A stretch of 64,000 bases of DNA. It comes from Schizochytrium sp. TIO01. Taxonomy: Eukaryota > Protista > Bigyra: Labyrinthulomycetes. Shown piece after piece: positions 32,623-43,250 of the stretch. The stretch covers positions 1,674,001 through 1,738,000 of the forward strand of contig SMSO01000033.1 of the NCBI GenBank assembly GCA_004764695.1, given 5' to 3'. Each line of letters begins with the position of its first letter. The first letter of the stretch is position 1. Below the pieces are notes generated by a model, which was given only the letters and a program-made list of their open reading frames with translations, was not told the DNA's origin and did no database searches. Position numbers and translations under genes: made by a program.

Positions 32623-35001
32623 TTAGGTTTGTTGCTGCTGATGCTCATATCGTAGCTGAACTTCACTTTTAATCTGTTCACATATATCAACGAAGTTGTT
32701 TGCAACGGAGCCCCACCGTAGACGGCAAAAAACGAGGGTGCTCTCAAGCAAATTTTGAGCTTTTTCTAAATCCTTTCCCGCAATTACGTAGGAAACTGAT
32801 TGGGCATAGAGTTGCTCAGCTACAGTTCCAAGCTCTTTGTTACATTTGCATGCAAATGCCTCACATCTGTTGTCTGCACAGGGGATGCCATCAAAGTTTG
32901 CTTCTTGATATTGACATATTTTCTGAGGGTCACTTGCAAGGGCTGCTCGAAGGAAAGCTGAGCGCAAGCTAGATTGAATATCAACAACGGCATCTTCCAG
33001 AGGGATAAGTGCTCTCGCACGTCGCCCGCGTGGGCCACGTGAAGATTGCTTGTCAGGCTTCTGCGTATCATCTTTAAGCCCCTCAACTTCGTCCCTTCGT
33101 ATTAAGGATGCTTGTACTTCTCCCTTGATGCCACTGGGGATAGTGGTACCTCCTCCAATGAGTGCACGGTCGTTTTCGTCCTCGACATAGACTTCATTTA
33201 ATTTTTCCTGCTCGAAATCGCCTTTGCTATCACCAGCACGACCATCATCATCATTGCCAGCATCGTCGTCATCATCATCTATCACTATTTGTGACTGAAC
33301 AAAACTCTCTTGTGATTTTCCATTATTTTCTTCGCTCCCCGATGGAGCTCCTCTAGATTCAGCTACCTTCTTTGAAGTTGTGTATTCTGGGCTCGACAGA
33401 ATTTCAACTTCAACAATCGGATCATCATCTTCATCCTCTTGAGACGAGATGATAATTTCTTCAGCAACATTTCGATTTGCTGATTTGGTAATAGTAATGT
33501 TGGCGTTTTCTTCTTGTATTTCGTTATCTGTGCTGCTTGTGGCCCTCTTCTTGGGCGGACTAGTTTGAAAAGGGCTACTTTCCAATTTTCGTTTCTTCAG
33601 TGGTGAGTCTACCCCATCAGACTTCTCCGTTACTGTTGAAGGTGTAAAAAAGTCCCGAAGGACTCGTTCTGGGCGAGCAAACGAAGAGGCAGAGACTCCG
33701 AGGCCTCGAACATCTGTGGGCTTACAATCTAACCTGTCAAGAAGCGTTTTAGCATGCCTCAGAAACTCTGATGGTTTTTGTATGGCATGCTGTAAAGATA
33801 CGGTGCGCTGAAGAATCGTACACTCGCCATGCCCTAGACTCCCCTTTCGGTAATGAGGATTTGCGTCAGGCTTGGCTTTCCAAAGTGTCACGCTCACCTT
33901 CTTCGCACCAAAGCCATTTTTTTCCGATCTTTCAATTCGCTGAACTAGCTCCTCGCAAAGCCCGTCAAGAAAGTTAACAACCTCTTGGTCTGATTGCATT
34001 CTCACACCCCATGAGATTTGCGTTCCAATTGTTTGCCTCTCCTTGATGCCGTTGGCAATCCACGGACGACCGTCGATACCACGGCAAAGGTCATACATAG
34101 TTTGGCCTCGTTTGGGACCGAAATGACGTTTCAATGTATCAAGTGGAACTTGTTGCAAGTCGCCACATGTTTCTATGTTCAGTTTTTCTGTCATTTCTCG
34201 AGCACCCCTCCAACCAACTTGGGGAAGGTCTCTGATAGGCATTGCAGCAAGAAGTTCCTGGCCAGCGTTGTCCATATTAAAGATACCCCAGCCATCGGGT
34301 TTGGCTTTAGCTGTGGCAAGTCTCGCTAGAAGCATATTAGCACCAACTCCCACAGAAGCCTTGCACCTTGTTCGTGTCCATATGTTTTCACGCAAGCCCG
34401 ACACTATCCGAGCTATCGCTGCTTCTCGTTCTACAACGTCCTCAATACTGCCCACAACGTGCGTAATATCTAAGTACGCTTCATCGCAGCTCACGCCATT
34501 CACAAACGGCGTCACCTCATACAGCGCCCTGTACATAATCTCTGCAACTTCTGTATATTTGTCAAACTCATAATTAAGTGAAATCACCTCTGGGCACAGT
34601 TCCCGAGCTTTTGTCATCCACATACCTGCCCGTATTCCTCGAGCACGTGCCGGGTAATTTGGACAGCTTATCTCAGCATTCTGCCCAGGCGCCGCAGCAC
34701 TAATTACCACAGCTTTGTTCATAAGGTCCGGGCGGTCCCGAAGAGTCACCGACGCAAAGAAGGCGTCCATATCCACATGCAGAATCCATCGGGAACCGCC
34801 TGGACCAGGATCGGGCTCGCCGTGGGCAGTTGCAGGGAGAGAGTCTACAAGACGTGCATAGCGCTCTTTCCAGGTGCCGATAAAGTGAAGGCGTGACTGG
34901 GTATAGAAATGGGTGACAAAGTCGCGCTGCCCGACTTCGTGCGAGCTCATTGCACGAGAGTTTTCATTCGGGTGCGGCTCATGGGATTCCGATCGGTGCA
35001 T
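32623..35001 (-). CDS. REV1: REV1 Y-family translesion deoxycytidyl transferase (no N-terminal BRCT domain seen)
   Basis: N-digit FYTQSRLHFIGTWK, catalytic HVDMDAFFASV and SCDEAYLD, NMLLARLATAKAKPDG, GSLGHGEC, DVRGLGV, and a C-terminal KDLEK-type REV1 CTD. Confidence 0.9.
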   Translation of the reverse strand: MHRSESHEPHPNENSRAMSSHEVGQRDFVTHFYTQSRLHFIGTWKERYARLVDSLPATAHGEPDPGPGGSRWILHVDMDAFFASVTLRDRPDLMNKAVVISAAAPGQNAEISCPNYPARARGIRAGMWMTKARELCPEVISLNYEFDKYTEVAEIMYRALYEVTPFVNGVSCDEAYLDITHVVGSIEDVVEREAAIARIVSGLRENIWTRTRCKASVGVGANMLLARLATAKAKPDGWGIFNMDNAGQELLAAMPIRDLPQVGWRGAREMTEKLNIETCGDLQQVPLDTLKRHFGPKRGQTMYDLCRGIDGRPWIANGIKERQTIGTQISWGVRMQSDQEVVNFLDGLCEELVQRIERSEKNGFGAKKVSVTLWKAKPDANPHYRKGSLGHGECTILQRTVSLQHAIQKPSEFLRHAKTLLDRLDCKPTDVRGLGVSASSFARPERVLRDFFTPSTVTEKSDGVDSPLKKRKLESSPFQTSPPKKRATSSTDNEIQEENANITITKSANRNVAEEIIISSQEDEDDDPIVEVEILSSPEYTTSKKVAESRGAPSGSEENNGKSQESFVQSQIVIDDDDDDAGNDDDGRAGDSKGDFEQEKLNEVYVEDENDRALIGGGTTIPSGIKGEVQASLIRRDEVEGLKDDTQKPDKQSSRGPRGRRARALIPLEDAVVDIQSSLRSAFLRAALASDPQKICQYQEANFDGIPCADNRCEAFACKCNKELGTVAEQLYAQSVSYVIAGKDLEKAQNLLESTLVFCRLRWGSVANNFVDICEQIKSEVQLRYEHQQQQT

Positions 35002-36057
35002 CGTGTTTAGGTGGTTTCACCGTCTCACCACAGACGATGATGATGTTCTTCGGCAAAGCGCAGAGAATCTGGCGCAGTTTGACCTGAAGGTTCGTGAAGG
35101 ATGATTAAGTGCATGCAGAAACCAGCAGCCCACAGCGCTCCTAGAGCATAGGGCTGGCTGTGAGCACGCCAGAAGCTGTGCGTTCCGTGCTTCCTCGTAC
35201 GGCTCGTCTGCTCAATCCGCTGTCTTCGATAATCCCTCATTCTGGCAACACTATTCTTACTTTTCTTTTTTCTTATAAAATATCAACAAATTAAAATTAT
35301 AAAGACACAATCATATAATCGGCCTCGCAGCTTTGTTCTTCTCCATTTCTACGCCAGCTCCAGATCGCTCGAGCATTTGTGTGCATTTGTGTGGCAATCA
35401 ATACTGGGTGTTCCCTCAATCAATCGTGCCATCACTCTCTAGAGTCTGAGCATGCCACGAGGAGGAAGGCGTACTACTGTGCGTTATACAGAAAGAGCTT
35501 ACCGAGATATACATGATCATCATATGGAGTTCCAAACTGAAGCAAAGATAGGACGAAGTTGAATCAAAATGGGTTCTTCGAAGCTGGAAGGATGACTTCG
35601 ATGAAAGCCATGTGGGCAGAGAGAGAAAGGTGTCGAGAACTACCTTGTTAGGTAGGGCCAACGAAGTGGGCAGACATTCTTGGGTTTGCGTGCGTGCGTG
35701 GCTGCCTCCTTTCTCGAGTCAGCAAGGCCTTCTGAGCGGTGCTCGGCCGGTTGGCCGTGAATTACTTACCTGAGCTTCTATCAATCTATCAAACATCGTC
35801 GAGTAAATTTGCTGCAGCTCGAAGCTGAAGTGCATTGTTGCTCATGGACGTTCTTGGCAGCTGGAGTTCAGGTTGATCAGATCGCGCCTTGTCATTGCCG
35901 CTCTAGAGGTACTTACGCAGGTATTCCGGGGTCCTCCCGCTCCTCCTGAGGTTGTCCCTACGTCCACCCTTTGCTGCTCTTGTGCCATGGCTCCACGGTG
36001 ACTGATACTTTGTGCGCCATTTCACGATCGAAAGCGGCACCGAATTGCTGCTCATGG

Positions 36058-36427
36058 CATTCATTCATTCACTCATTCATTCATTCATTGTTTTTTTCAT
36101 TCATTCACTCTTTGACTGATTGATTGATTGTGATTGATTGATTGATTGATTGATTGATTCATTCATTCACTCATTCATTCATTGTTTTATTCATTGATTC
36201 ACTCATTCATTGATTCATTCATTCACTCATTCATTCATTGTTTTATTCATTCATTCACTCATTCATTCATTCATTCATTCATTCATTGCACTGCACAATC
36301 CTAAGTCCTCATGGCATTCATTCATTCATTCATTGCACTGCACAATCCTAAGTCCTCATGGCATTCATTCATTCATTCATTCATTGATTCATTTACTCAT
36401 TCACTCATTCATTGCACTCTAAGTCCC
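36058..36427. repeat. Compound (ATTC)n/(ATTG)n microsatellite block with higher-order duplicated units
   Basis: Long ATTC and ATTG runs. The unit attcattcactcattcattcattgtttt occurs three times. The unit attgcactgcacaatcctaagtcctcatggc occurs twice (~36284, ~36332), plus a truncated third copy (~36411). Confidence 0.95.
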
Positions 36428-36555
36428 TTTTAGGAACCCTGTAATGCGATGGATGAATGAATGAGTGCGTGAATCAGTGCCGTTCTCGAGTGAGTAGAGT
36501 AGAGGACACAAATCATGATTTTCATTGGTCGACGCCCAGCGAATACAAAACGTGT

Positions 36556-36582
36556 CAGGCAGGCAGGCAGGCAGGCAGGCAG
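36556..36582. repeat. (CAGG)n microsatellite
   Basis: caggcaggcaggcaggcaggcaggcag. Confidence 0.9.
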
Positions 36583-37208
36583 CTAGCCAGGCTCCCTCCC
36601 ACGATCCGAGCAAGGTTTGGCGGGACATTTGCCTCGCATCTGAGATCCCTTCGGTGGATTCGGACCGGCCCGAGCACCGTTCTCTGCGCGACTCGCCTCG
36701 CTGAGAGGAGTGAGGAGTTGGTTCGCGCGCGATCTCTGAGGCGGCCAAGCAGGCGCGATTTGTACGTGCTGTGGACGCTTTGATACAAGTTGAAGCATGG
36801 CACTTCTCTTAGTTCCCGTTTTCGTTTTCAGATAGATCAGCGAAAGAAAGCGGAATAATTAATGTGTTGATTGATTGATTGATTAATTACAACACGATAC
36901 AATTCGATCGATACGTCACTACGAAGAAACAAAACAAAAAAAGCAATTTGGGATCACAAACTCGAGAGCTCCACGAAGTTTGATGTTGGGTTCGACCCAC
37001 ATGCCAAACTAACTAGGGCCTGAACGCACGGGAGGAGCTTCGCGACTTGACGGTCGGCCCGCTCCACTGGGGCTCTTGATCTTGGTGAAATGTGTTGGTT
37101 GACCTCAAGTTCTCAAATTGGCCTCAATCATTCACTCTTCGTTGGTGGATTATGGTTATGTGACAACAAACACAGCACCGCCTTTTCATACTCCTTACGT
37201 ACCTACCT

Positions 37209-37246
37209 ATACATACATGCATACATACATACATACATACATACAT
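37209..37246. repeat. (ATAC)n microsatellite
   Basis: atacatacatgcatacatacatacatacatacatacat. Confidence 0.9.
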
Positions 37247-37550
37247 TTGTTTCTCACAATTATCGAAGTTGAAGCTAAGTTATCATTGAATCGAACAGGA
37301 AATAACTTTGAAAGTGGTACTACCGTAGCAGTATACCCTTTCTCTATCTTCTCTATTTCCTTTCTTAATCAAACTTATTGAAGAACAGTTATTTTTTAAA
37401 AGACTAGTAGGCAGGTACTATTGTGATTAGGTATGATCATATTCAAATCACTGTGCTTTTTCCTCTCTAGCTAGAGAGAGGTGAAGGCATCCAGACCCGA
37501 ATTGGAGTTGAGGAGAACGTGGTTCCTGCGCGTCCCGCCGCTGCCTCAAG

Positions 37551-39514
37551 ATGCTCGCGGCCGTCGCTCGCCGCGCGGCCCTTCCGCTACAGCGTGCAGG
37601 ATGCCCGCAGGTCGCTCTGCGCGGCTTTGCCTCCAGCGCCGACACGGTACGTGCCCCGAACAGGAAGGAGTCCGCACTCCGGGATAAGAAGATACTTGAG
37701 CTTGCTTTCGCACATTCTTTCCTTCATTCACTCGCTTGCTCGCTTGATAGTTCAGGTTGTTGAGTAGCCACAGTGCTCAGAGAAACTTCAAGTTGGCTGC
37801 CGATAGCTAGGAAAGAAACTGCTCCTGTAAGCGTGGCATGTCCATGGCGTGCTGATTGATTGAATTGTATATCCATGGGTTTTGGCTCATTCGGACTTTT
37901 GCTGTTCCGGCGGGTGCTAAGATGTACATATTTCCGATGGTGTGCAAGTTGATGTGCCGCCGCAGATTGTCCAAATCACAAACTTCGCCGTCGTGAACGT
38001 GTCTGTGGGCCCGAATGTGTACTAGATCTAACATATATGCAACCATGCTGCGAAAGGTCCAAGACAAAGAGATGCTCCCATCATAGGTTTTGGGCTTGCT
38101 TATCAGCCTGCCGTTCCAAACTTCGCTGGAGGGAAGATTGAACAAAGATATGCCTCGAAAGGAAAAAGGACCCTTTGACTGACAGATTAGTGTGACGGAT
38201 GGTTGATGGCTCGTTGATGTGCTGGGGTGATTATGAAATGCAGATTAAGACCGCTGTGTATGATAAGCATGTGGAGCTTGGCGGCAAGATGGTTGACTTT
38301 GCTGGATACTGGCTCCCGATTCAGTATCCTGCTGGCGTTAAGACTGAGTGCACAGAGACTCGTGAGTCCGCTACCCTCTTTGACGTATCCCACATGGGTC
38401 AGGTCCGCATTGTGGGACGCGACGCTGTGAAGTTTGTCGAGAGTCTGGTTGTCGGTGATATTGCCAGCCTTCGTGAGGGCGAGGCTCGTCTCAGTCTCAT
38501 CACGAACAGCCATGGTGGCATTATTGATGACACTGTTATCACTCGCTTTGGCGATTTCGTGTAAGTTTCCCCTTGAAGGGTTTTGCTATGCTAGGTGGCT
38601 ATAGGACAATATAAGTCGCATCCACATGCAATCAAGATATGTGTAAAAACCTCGCGATGTGCTGACATAATGAAAATTGCTCACCCTTGCATGCCTTTAA
38701 TATGATTATCATCCACAGTGGCATGGTCATCAATGGAGCTTGCAAGCACAAGGATTTGGCTCACATGCGCTCAAAGCTCGAGGAAAGCAAGATGGAGGCC
38801 TCCATTGAGCACCTTGAGGATCTTGCCCTTTTTGCCCTCCAAGGCCCCAAGGCCAGCATTGTTATGGAGCGTCTTGCCAAGGGCTTTGATGTCAAGCAAA
38901 TGAACTTCATGGAGGCTCGTGTTGGCCAGGTGGGTTCTTTTGACTGCACTGTGACCCGCTGCGGATACACTGGTGAAGATGGCTTTGAGGTCTCCGTTGC
39001 GAATGCTGATGCTCCTGCTCTTATGCAGCTCCTCGTGGACCAGGACGAGGTAACCCCGGCAGGCCTTGGTGCACGTGATACCCTTCGCCTTGAGGCTGGC
39101 CTTTGCCTTTATGGAAATGATATTGACGAGAGTACGACCCCGGTTGGTGCCCGTTTGACCTGGACCGTGAGCAAGCCGCGCTGCGCCGAGGGAAGCTTCC
39201 CTGGTGCCGATGTGGTGCAGAGTGAACTCGGTGACAACAAACCTGCCCGCGTCCGTGTCGGTTTTGTTGTTGATGGTGCTCCCGCCCGCGCTCACACTGA
39301 GATCTACGATGAGAAGGAGGAGAAGCTCATTGGTGAGATCACGAGTGGTACCTTTAGCCCAGTTTTGAACAAGCCCGTGGCTATGGGTTACATTGACCGC
39401 GCCTATGCTAAGAACGGTACTTGGATCAGCTGCAAGGTTCGCAAGAAGTTTGTGCGTGCCCAGGTGTCCAAGATGCCCTTCATCCCGGCCAAGTACTACC
39501 GAGCCCCTCAGTAA
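37551..39514 (+). CDS. AMT: Mitochondrial aminomethyltransferase (glycine cleavage system T protein)
   Basis: Exons 37551-37646 (Arg/Ala-rich transit peptide MLAAVARRAALPLQRAG...RGFASS), 38244-38560 and 38719-39514, with GT-AG introns in compatible phases. Motifs GGKMVDFAGY, LFDVSHMGQ, GGIIDD, ALQGPKA, TRCGYTGEDGFE and GLGARDTLRLEAGLCLYGND. Confidence 0.97.
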
Positions 39515-40336
39515 AGATTGAAAGAGAGACCTTTTGGATTCATTTGATGTTCAGCTTTTTTATCACAGTGAACCTATAATTTCTGTTCTTTTTCTGAATA
39601 ATTTAGAAGATGGGGACAATGTCTTCTGCGAGAACTTTTTATTTAGGAATCCTTATAATGTCTGTATTTTGCATTAAACTTCTCTTTTATGATCTAAACG
39701 CCCTCTCCTATTTAGTATTACTAGCCTATTAAAATAACATCGCATACACAAAGGCCCAGAGTACATAGGTAGCGTCTAACACTCAAACAAAAGAACAATG
39801 CTTAGTGGCATGTGTAAAGGGACTGGAGAGAGATAAATCTCAGAGTCTTTCTATAAAGTTTAAGATAGATAGTTAGATAAATGAAGAATACTAAATGTAA
39901 AATGCCCACATCAGAAGACCATGGATAGGGTACGGTATCATGACTTTGTGTATGTAAGGCCAAAAATATAGAACCTGGCCTATATAATGGCACCCTCTAA
40001 ATTTTGCTCTTTTTTTGCTTTTCATGTGTGCTATTCTGTGGTGTCAGCGGCTGGCTGTATGTTTTTTTTAAATGTTGATCAGAAGAATGCAAGCTACCAG
40101 GGCGAGTTTTTAGTACTCTGTAAAAAAGCTAGATATTTCTACTAGTAGTACACTATCAGGTAAGTTGAGGTAAATGTATTCAACAATGCCTGACGGGTCC
40201 TTAATCGTGCAACGATAAATGTAGGCTTGATTAAAAAGGTTTCGTTGGGCTGAGTCCTATGCTAGAAACTTGCCCAATGAGGATTGTATTAAATAAATTC
40301 AGCAAGCATGTCGATGCAATCGTCAGCAATGCAGAC

Positions 40337-41509
40337 TTAAAAATCCTTCACTAGGGAGAACAGCATATCATAGGCCCAGAACTGTATAGCCGCACCTGGA
40401 AGTCCACGGATGAGGTTGGCACCATAACCATTGAAGAGAGCAGTCATACCCTCGTTGCGCACAAGCTTTTTCGTACAGTCCCAGGAGTTTTTATACAACC
40501 TAGCCTCGCCATTCATGCCGTTCATTTGCATTCGCCGGCGAATGGTGTCTCCCGGGTAGGTAATTGTTTGCGCAATGATGCCAGCCCAAGCTCCAGCAAC
40601 AAGTTTTGCAAATGAAGCCGTTGATGTAGACTGAGATTCTGTCCAGCTGCTCATGTTCCGCTTGAAGATTTCATAGCAAGTCATCTGCAAGCCAACATAT
40701 GGAGACCCGGATAAAAATGTAGGGCCGATTCCTTTATACAGGCCAGCCACACCCTCTGTGCGAACGGTGTGGACAAGCACCTCTGTGATGCTGTTAAACT
40801 TCACGCCAAGTCCAGTGCCCAGAGTTAGACGAGTGCGAATGGTCTCAAGAGGGTAAGTAACGCAAGTTTGAAAGAGTCCAGCCAAGGAGCCAGCCACAAT
40901 AAGTTGCAAAAAGCTGAGCGGCTGGCCTTGAGTGGCGACCATGTCCTTAAAAGTGTCATTAAAAGTAAACTTGAGGGCATAAACAGGGATCACACGTAGA
41001 ACATTGGCACCATTGCCCTTATACAAAGCAGCGGCGCCCTCCTCGTGAACAACAGTTCGCATGCTTCCCCATACGCCCTTATATTTGAAACCTCCTCCAA
41101 GCGCCATGTGACCCATTTTCATGCCCTGAACCTGAAGCAATATCTTGGCACGCTCAAGCGGTGCGACCGCAGTCTTAGTGATCACCCCTGCTCCGCCACC
41201 AGCCAGCAGCTGCTTCAGGCGCGTATGGTGTTGGTCCACAGCCTCTGCTTGAAGGGAGTTCTTGACATGCGTCAGCCCTTCGCTCGCCGCCGTCGATGCT
41301 GCCAAAAGGTTTTCCTTGGAGGAGCTTCCGGTGCCGAGAACTCTTCCCTCAGGTCCTTCATGAAGTCCTGTCCAGAGTTTCTGCCTTGCAACCGCTGACG
41401 CATCGGGTGCTCGCGGGGCGATCAGAGGGCTCGAAGAGCCTGAGTGAGAGAAATCACCATGGTGTCGAGGGAGGTGATGGTGCGGATTGAGATGCGCCAA
41501 AGCTGCCAT
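40337..41509 (-). CDS. Mitochondrial carrier (SLC25), adenine nucleotide/CoA-carrier-like clade
   Basis: Three Px[DE]xx[KR] signatures (APLERAK, YPLETIRTR, YPGDTIRRR), plus GNGANVLRVIP and PYVGLQM. First ATG is at 41509 (the track starts at a GTG). Confidence 0.93.
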   Translation of the reverse strand: MAALAHLNPHHHLPRHHGDFSHSGSSSPLIAPRAPDASAVARQKLWTGLHEGPEGRVLGTGSSSKENLLAASTAASEGLTHVKNSLQAEAVDQHHTRLKQLLAGGGAGVITKTAVAPLERAKILLQVQGMKMGHMALGGGFKYKGVWGSMRTVVHEEGAAALYKGNGANVLRVIPVYALKFTFNDTFKDMVATQGQPLSFLQLIVAGSLAGLFQTCVTYPLETIRTRLTLGTGLGVKFNSITEVLVHTVRTEGVAGLYKGIGPTFLSGSPYVGLQMTCYEIFKRNMSSWTESQSTSTASFAKLVAGAWAGIIAQTITYPGDTIRRRMQMNGMNGEARLYKNSWDCTKKLVRNEGMTALFNGYGANLIRGLPGAAIQFWAYDMLFSLVKDF

Positions 41510-41862
41510 CACAGAGCCTCCTGCCAGCCCTGCCGCGCCTAGCTGCCTAGCAGCGCAGTGAAGTCCACCCAGTTTGCCCACCTTGCCCGCTCCGCAAGAC
41601 AAGTATAGCAGTAGTATGCAGCTGCACCACGCCACGCCCTGACGAGACACCGGAATTCGAATTTGAATTCACTGGAATCCCCAAATTTTGAATTCCGCCT
41701 CTTTTTATTTTAAAAAATAAAAGGAAGAAGAAGAGGAAGAAGAATAACTTGAAATAAATAAAATAAATAAATTAAATAAAACCAAATACATACAAATACA
41801 AATACTAATAGGTCTCACCTATCGATAACAATAGGGATAGCTAGGTACTTCCTCTCTCTTTT

Positions 41863-41921
41863 GAAAAGAAAGAAAGAAAGAAAGGAAGGAAGGAAAGAAG
41901 GAAGAAAAGCAAAGAAGGAAG
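41863..41921. repeat. Polypurine (GAAA/GAAG)n tract
   Basis: gaaaagaaagaaagaaagaaaggaaggaaggaaagaagg... Confidence 0.85.
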
Positions 41922-42340
41922 CAATTGAGGAGAATCCTAACAAGGAAAACTGGGGGGGCGACGCACCCCTTTCAAACCCAGGACCGTCTCGAGCCCAAAC
42001 CTTCACGACGATCGCAGGTTGAGGAGGCATGGACCAAGGCCCAGGCCGTCTCAGGCCATCTCAAGCCCGGCCACGGGAGCTCTCGTCGCACTGCCCTCGC
42101 CACGTTAGCCAGAAGAAACCTCTTCCCAATTGCCGCATGGTCTCTGCTTGAAGCGGAAAGTGAATCAGACGGAGACACCCGGCTATTTCAAACTGCTAGC
42201 GACCGACCTCCCCACTTACCATAAACTTTTAGTAGTGTGGAAGGTGTCCGTGAGTCTCCTCTTCCCCTACTGTGCATACCAGCTACCACCCAATTAACAT
42301 TTCATATAGGAGTCTGGCATGAGAAGGAAAAGAAAGCTAA

Positions 42341-42384
42341 AAAAGAAAAGAAAAGAAAAGAAAAGAAAAGAAAAGAAAAGAAAA
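42341..42384. repeat. (AAAAG)n microsatellite
   Basis: aaaagaaaagaaaagaaaagaaaagaaaagaaaagaaaagaaaa. Confidence 0.9.
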
Positions 42385-42961
42385 CTAACCACCTGTTGTC
42401 TTTCTGTGTCTTTCTGAATGGAGGCAAAAATGACGGCGTCAAAAACAAAGAAAAAGAAAGCGTGGCCTACTGGATAGTATCGTGAAAATCATACGTAACT
42501 CATGATTGTTTGAAAAGCGGCCACCTTCGACCCAGAGTTCTAGTTCTTCATTTCATTCACTCAACCAATACATCAATCATTACATCAATCAATACATCAA
42601 TACATCAATCATGCTTTGCCCAGAACCACCACCGCCATCTCCGAGGTCCTGCAGTGCTTCGCAATGATTGATTCTTTGATTGATTGATTGGATGTCCGTT
42701 TTCTTCACGGTCATGTCTCGAGAAACGAGGTCCGTCGGGGCTCATTCGGACCCATCGCGTTCGAGATGGTTTTCATCTCTCGCACACGAGCTCTCCATCC
42801 AAGTGCGTGCGAGAGCGCAAGCATCGCGATGGAGCGTGGCGTAGCTTCTGGTGGTGGCGCGGTGCGAAACGAGGTCGCCGTCGGGAGAAAATCGCTCGCG
42901 GGTCGTTCTGTGAACATCTTGAAGGAAGTGAGTGAGTGAGTTACACGAAGGAAGAGGGATC

Positions 42962-43020
42962 GGAAATCAAATGGAATGAAATCAAATGGAATGGAATGGA
43001 ATGAAATGAAATGGAATGAA
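42962..43020. repeat. (GGAAT/GAAAT)n pentanucleotide repeat
   Basis: ggaaatcaaatggaatgaaatcaaatggaatggaatggaatgaaatgaaatggaatgaa. Confidence 0.85.
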
Positions 43021-43177
43021 GCAGCGAATCACGAACGGATGAATGGGCCAGTCCCTCAATCAGAGCTAGCTAGCTAACTGCCTGCGAGGCAGGAGAGGAA
43101 GGCCTGAAGAGATAATTGCAGTTTCGTTTGTGCGAATCGATGATCTCGGGAGGGTTTAGATTTTACGATGTCTGGCT

Positions 43178-43250
43178 GGTTTTGTTTTGGTTTGTTTTGG
43201 AATGCAAGTTTTGTTTTGTTTTGTTTTGTTTTGTTTTGTTTTGTTTCGTT
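43178..43250. repeat. (TTTTG)n microsatellite
   Basis: gttttgttttgttttgttttgttttgttttgttttg; it explains the spurious FCFVL/KQNKT ORFs at 43074-43446. Confidence 0.9.

Noticed and set aside
35761-35772. TACTTACCTG resembling the 5' end of U1 snRNA
   Set aside because: No U1 stem-loops or Sm site follow; it is the reverse complement of a CAG|GTAAGTA splice donor.
36058-36427. Repeat-spacer pattern superficially like a CRISPR array
   Set aside because: The spacers are duplicated, the repeats are microsatellite runs, there are no cas genes, and the context is eukaryotic.
36983-37002. GGTTCGACCC B-box/T-arm-like hairpin
   Set aside because: No A-box, D-arm, anticodon arm or acceptor stem, so it is not a tRNA.
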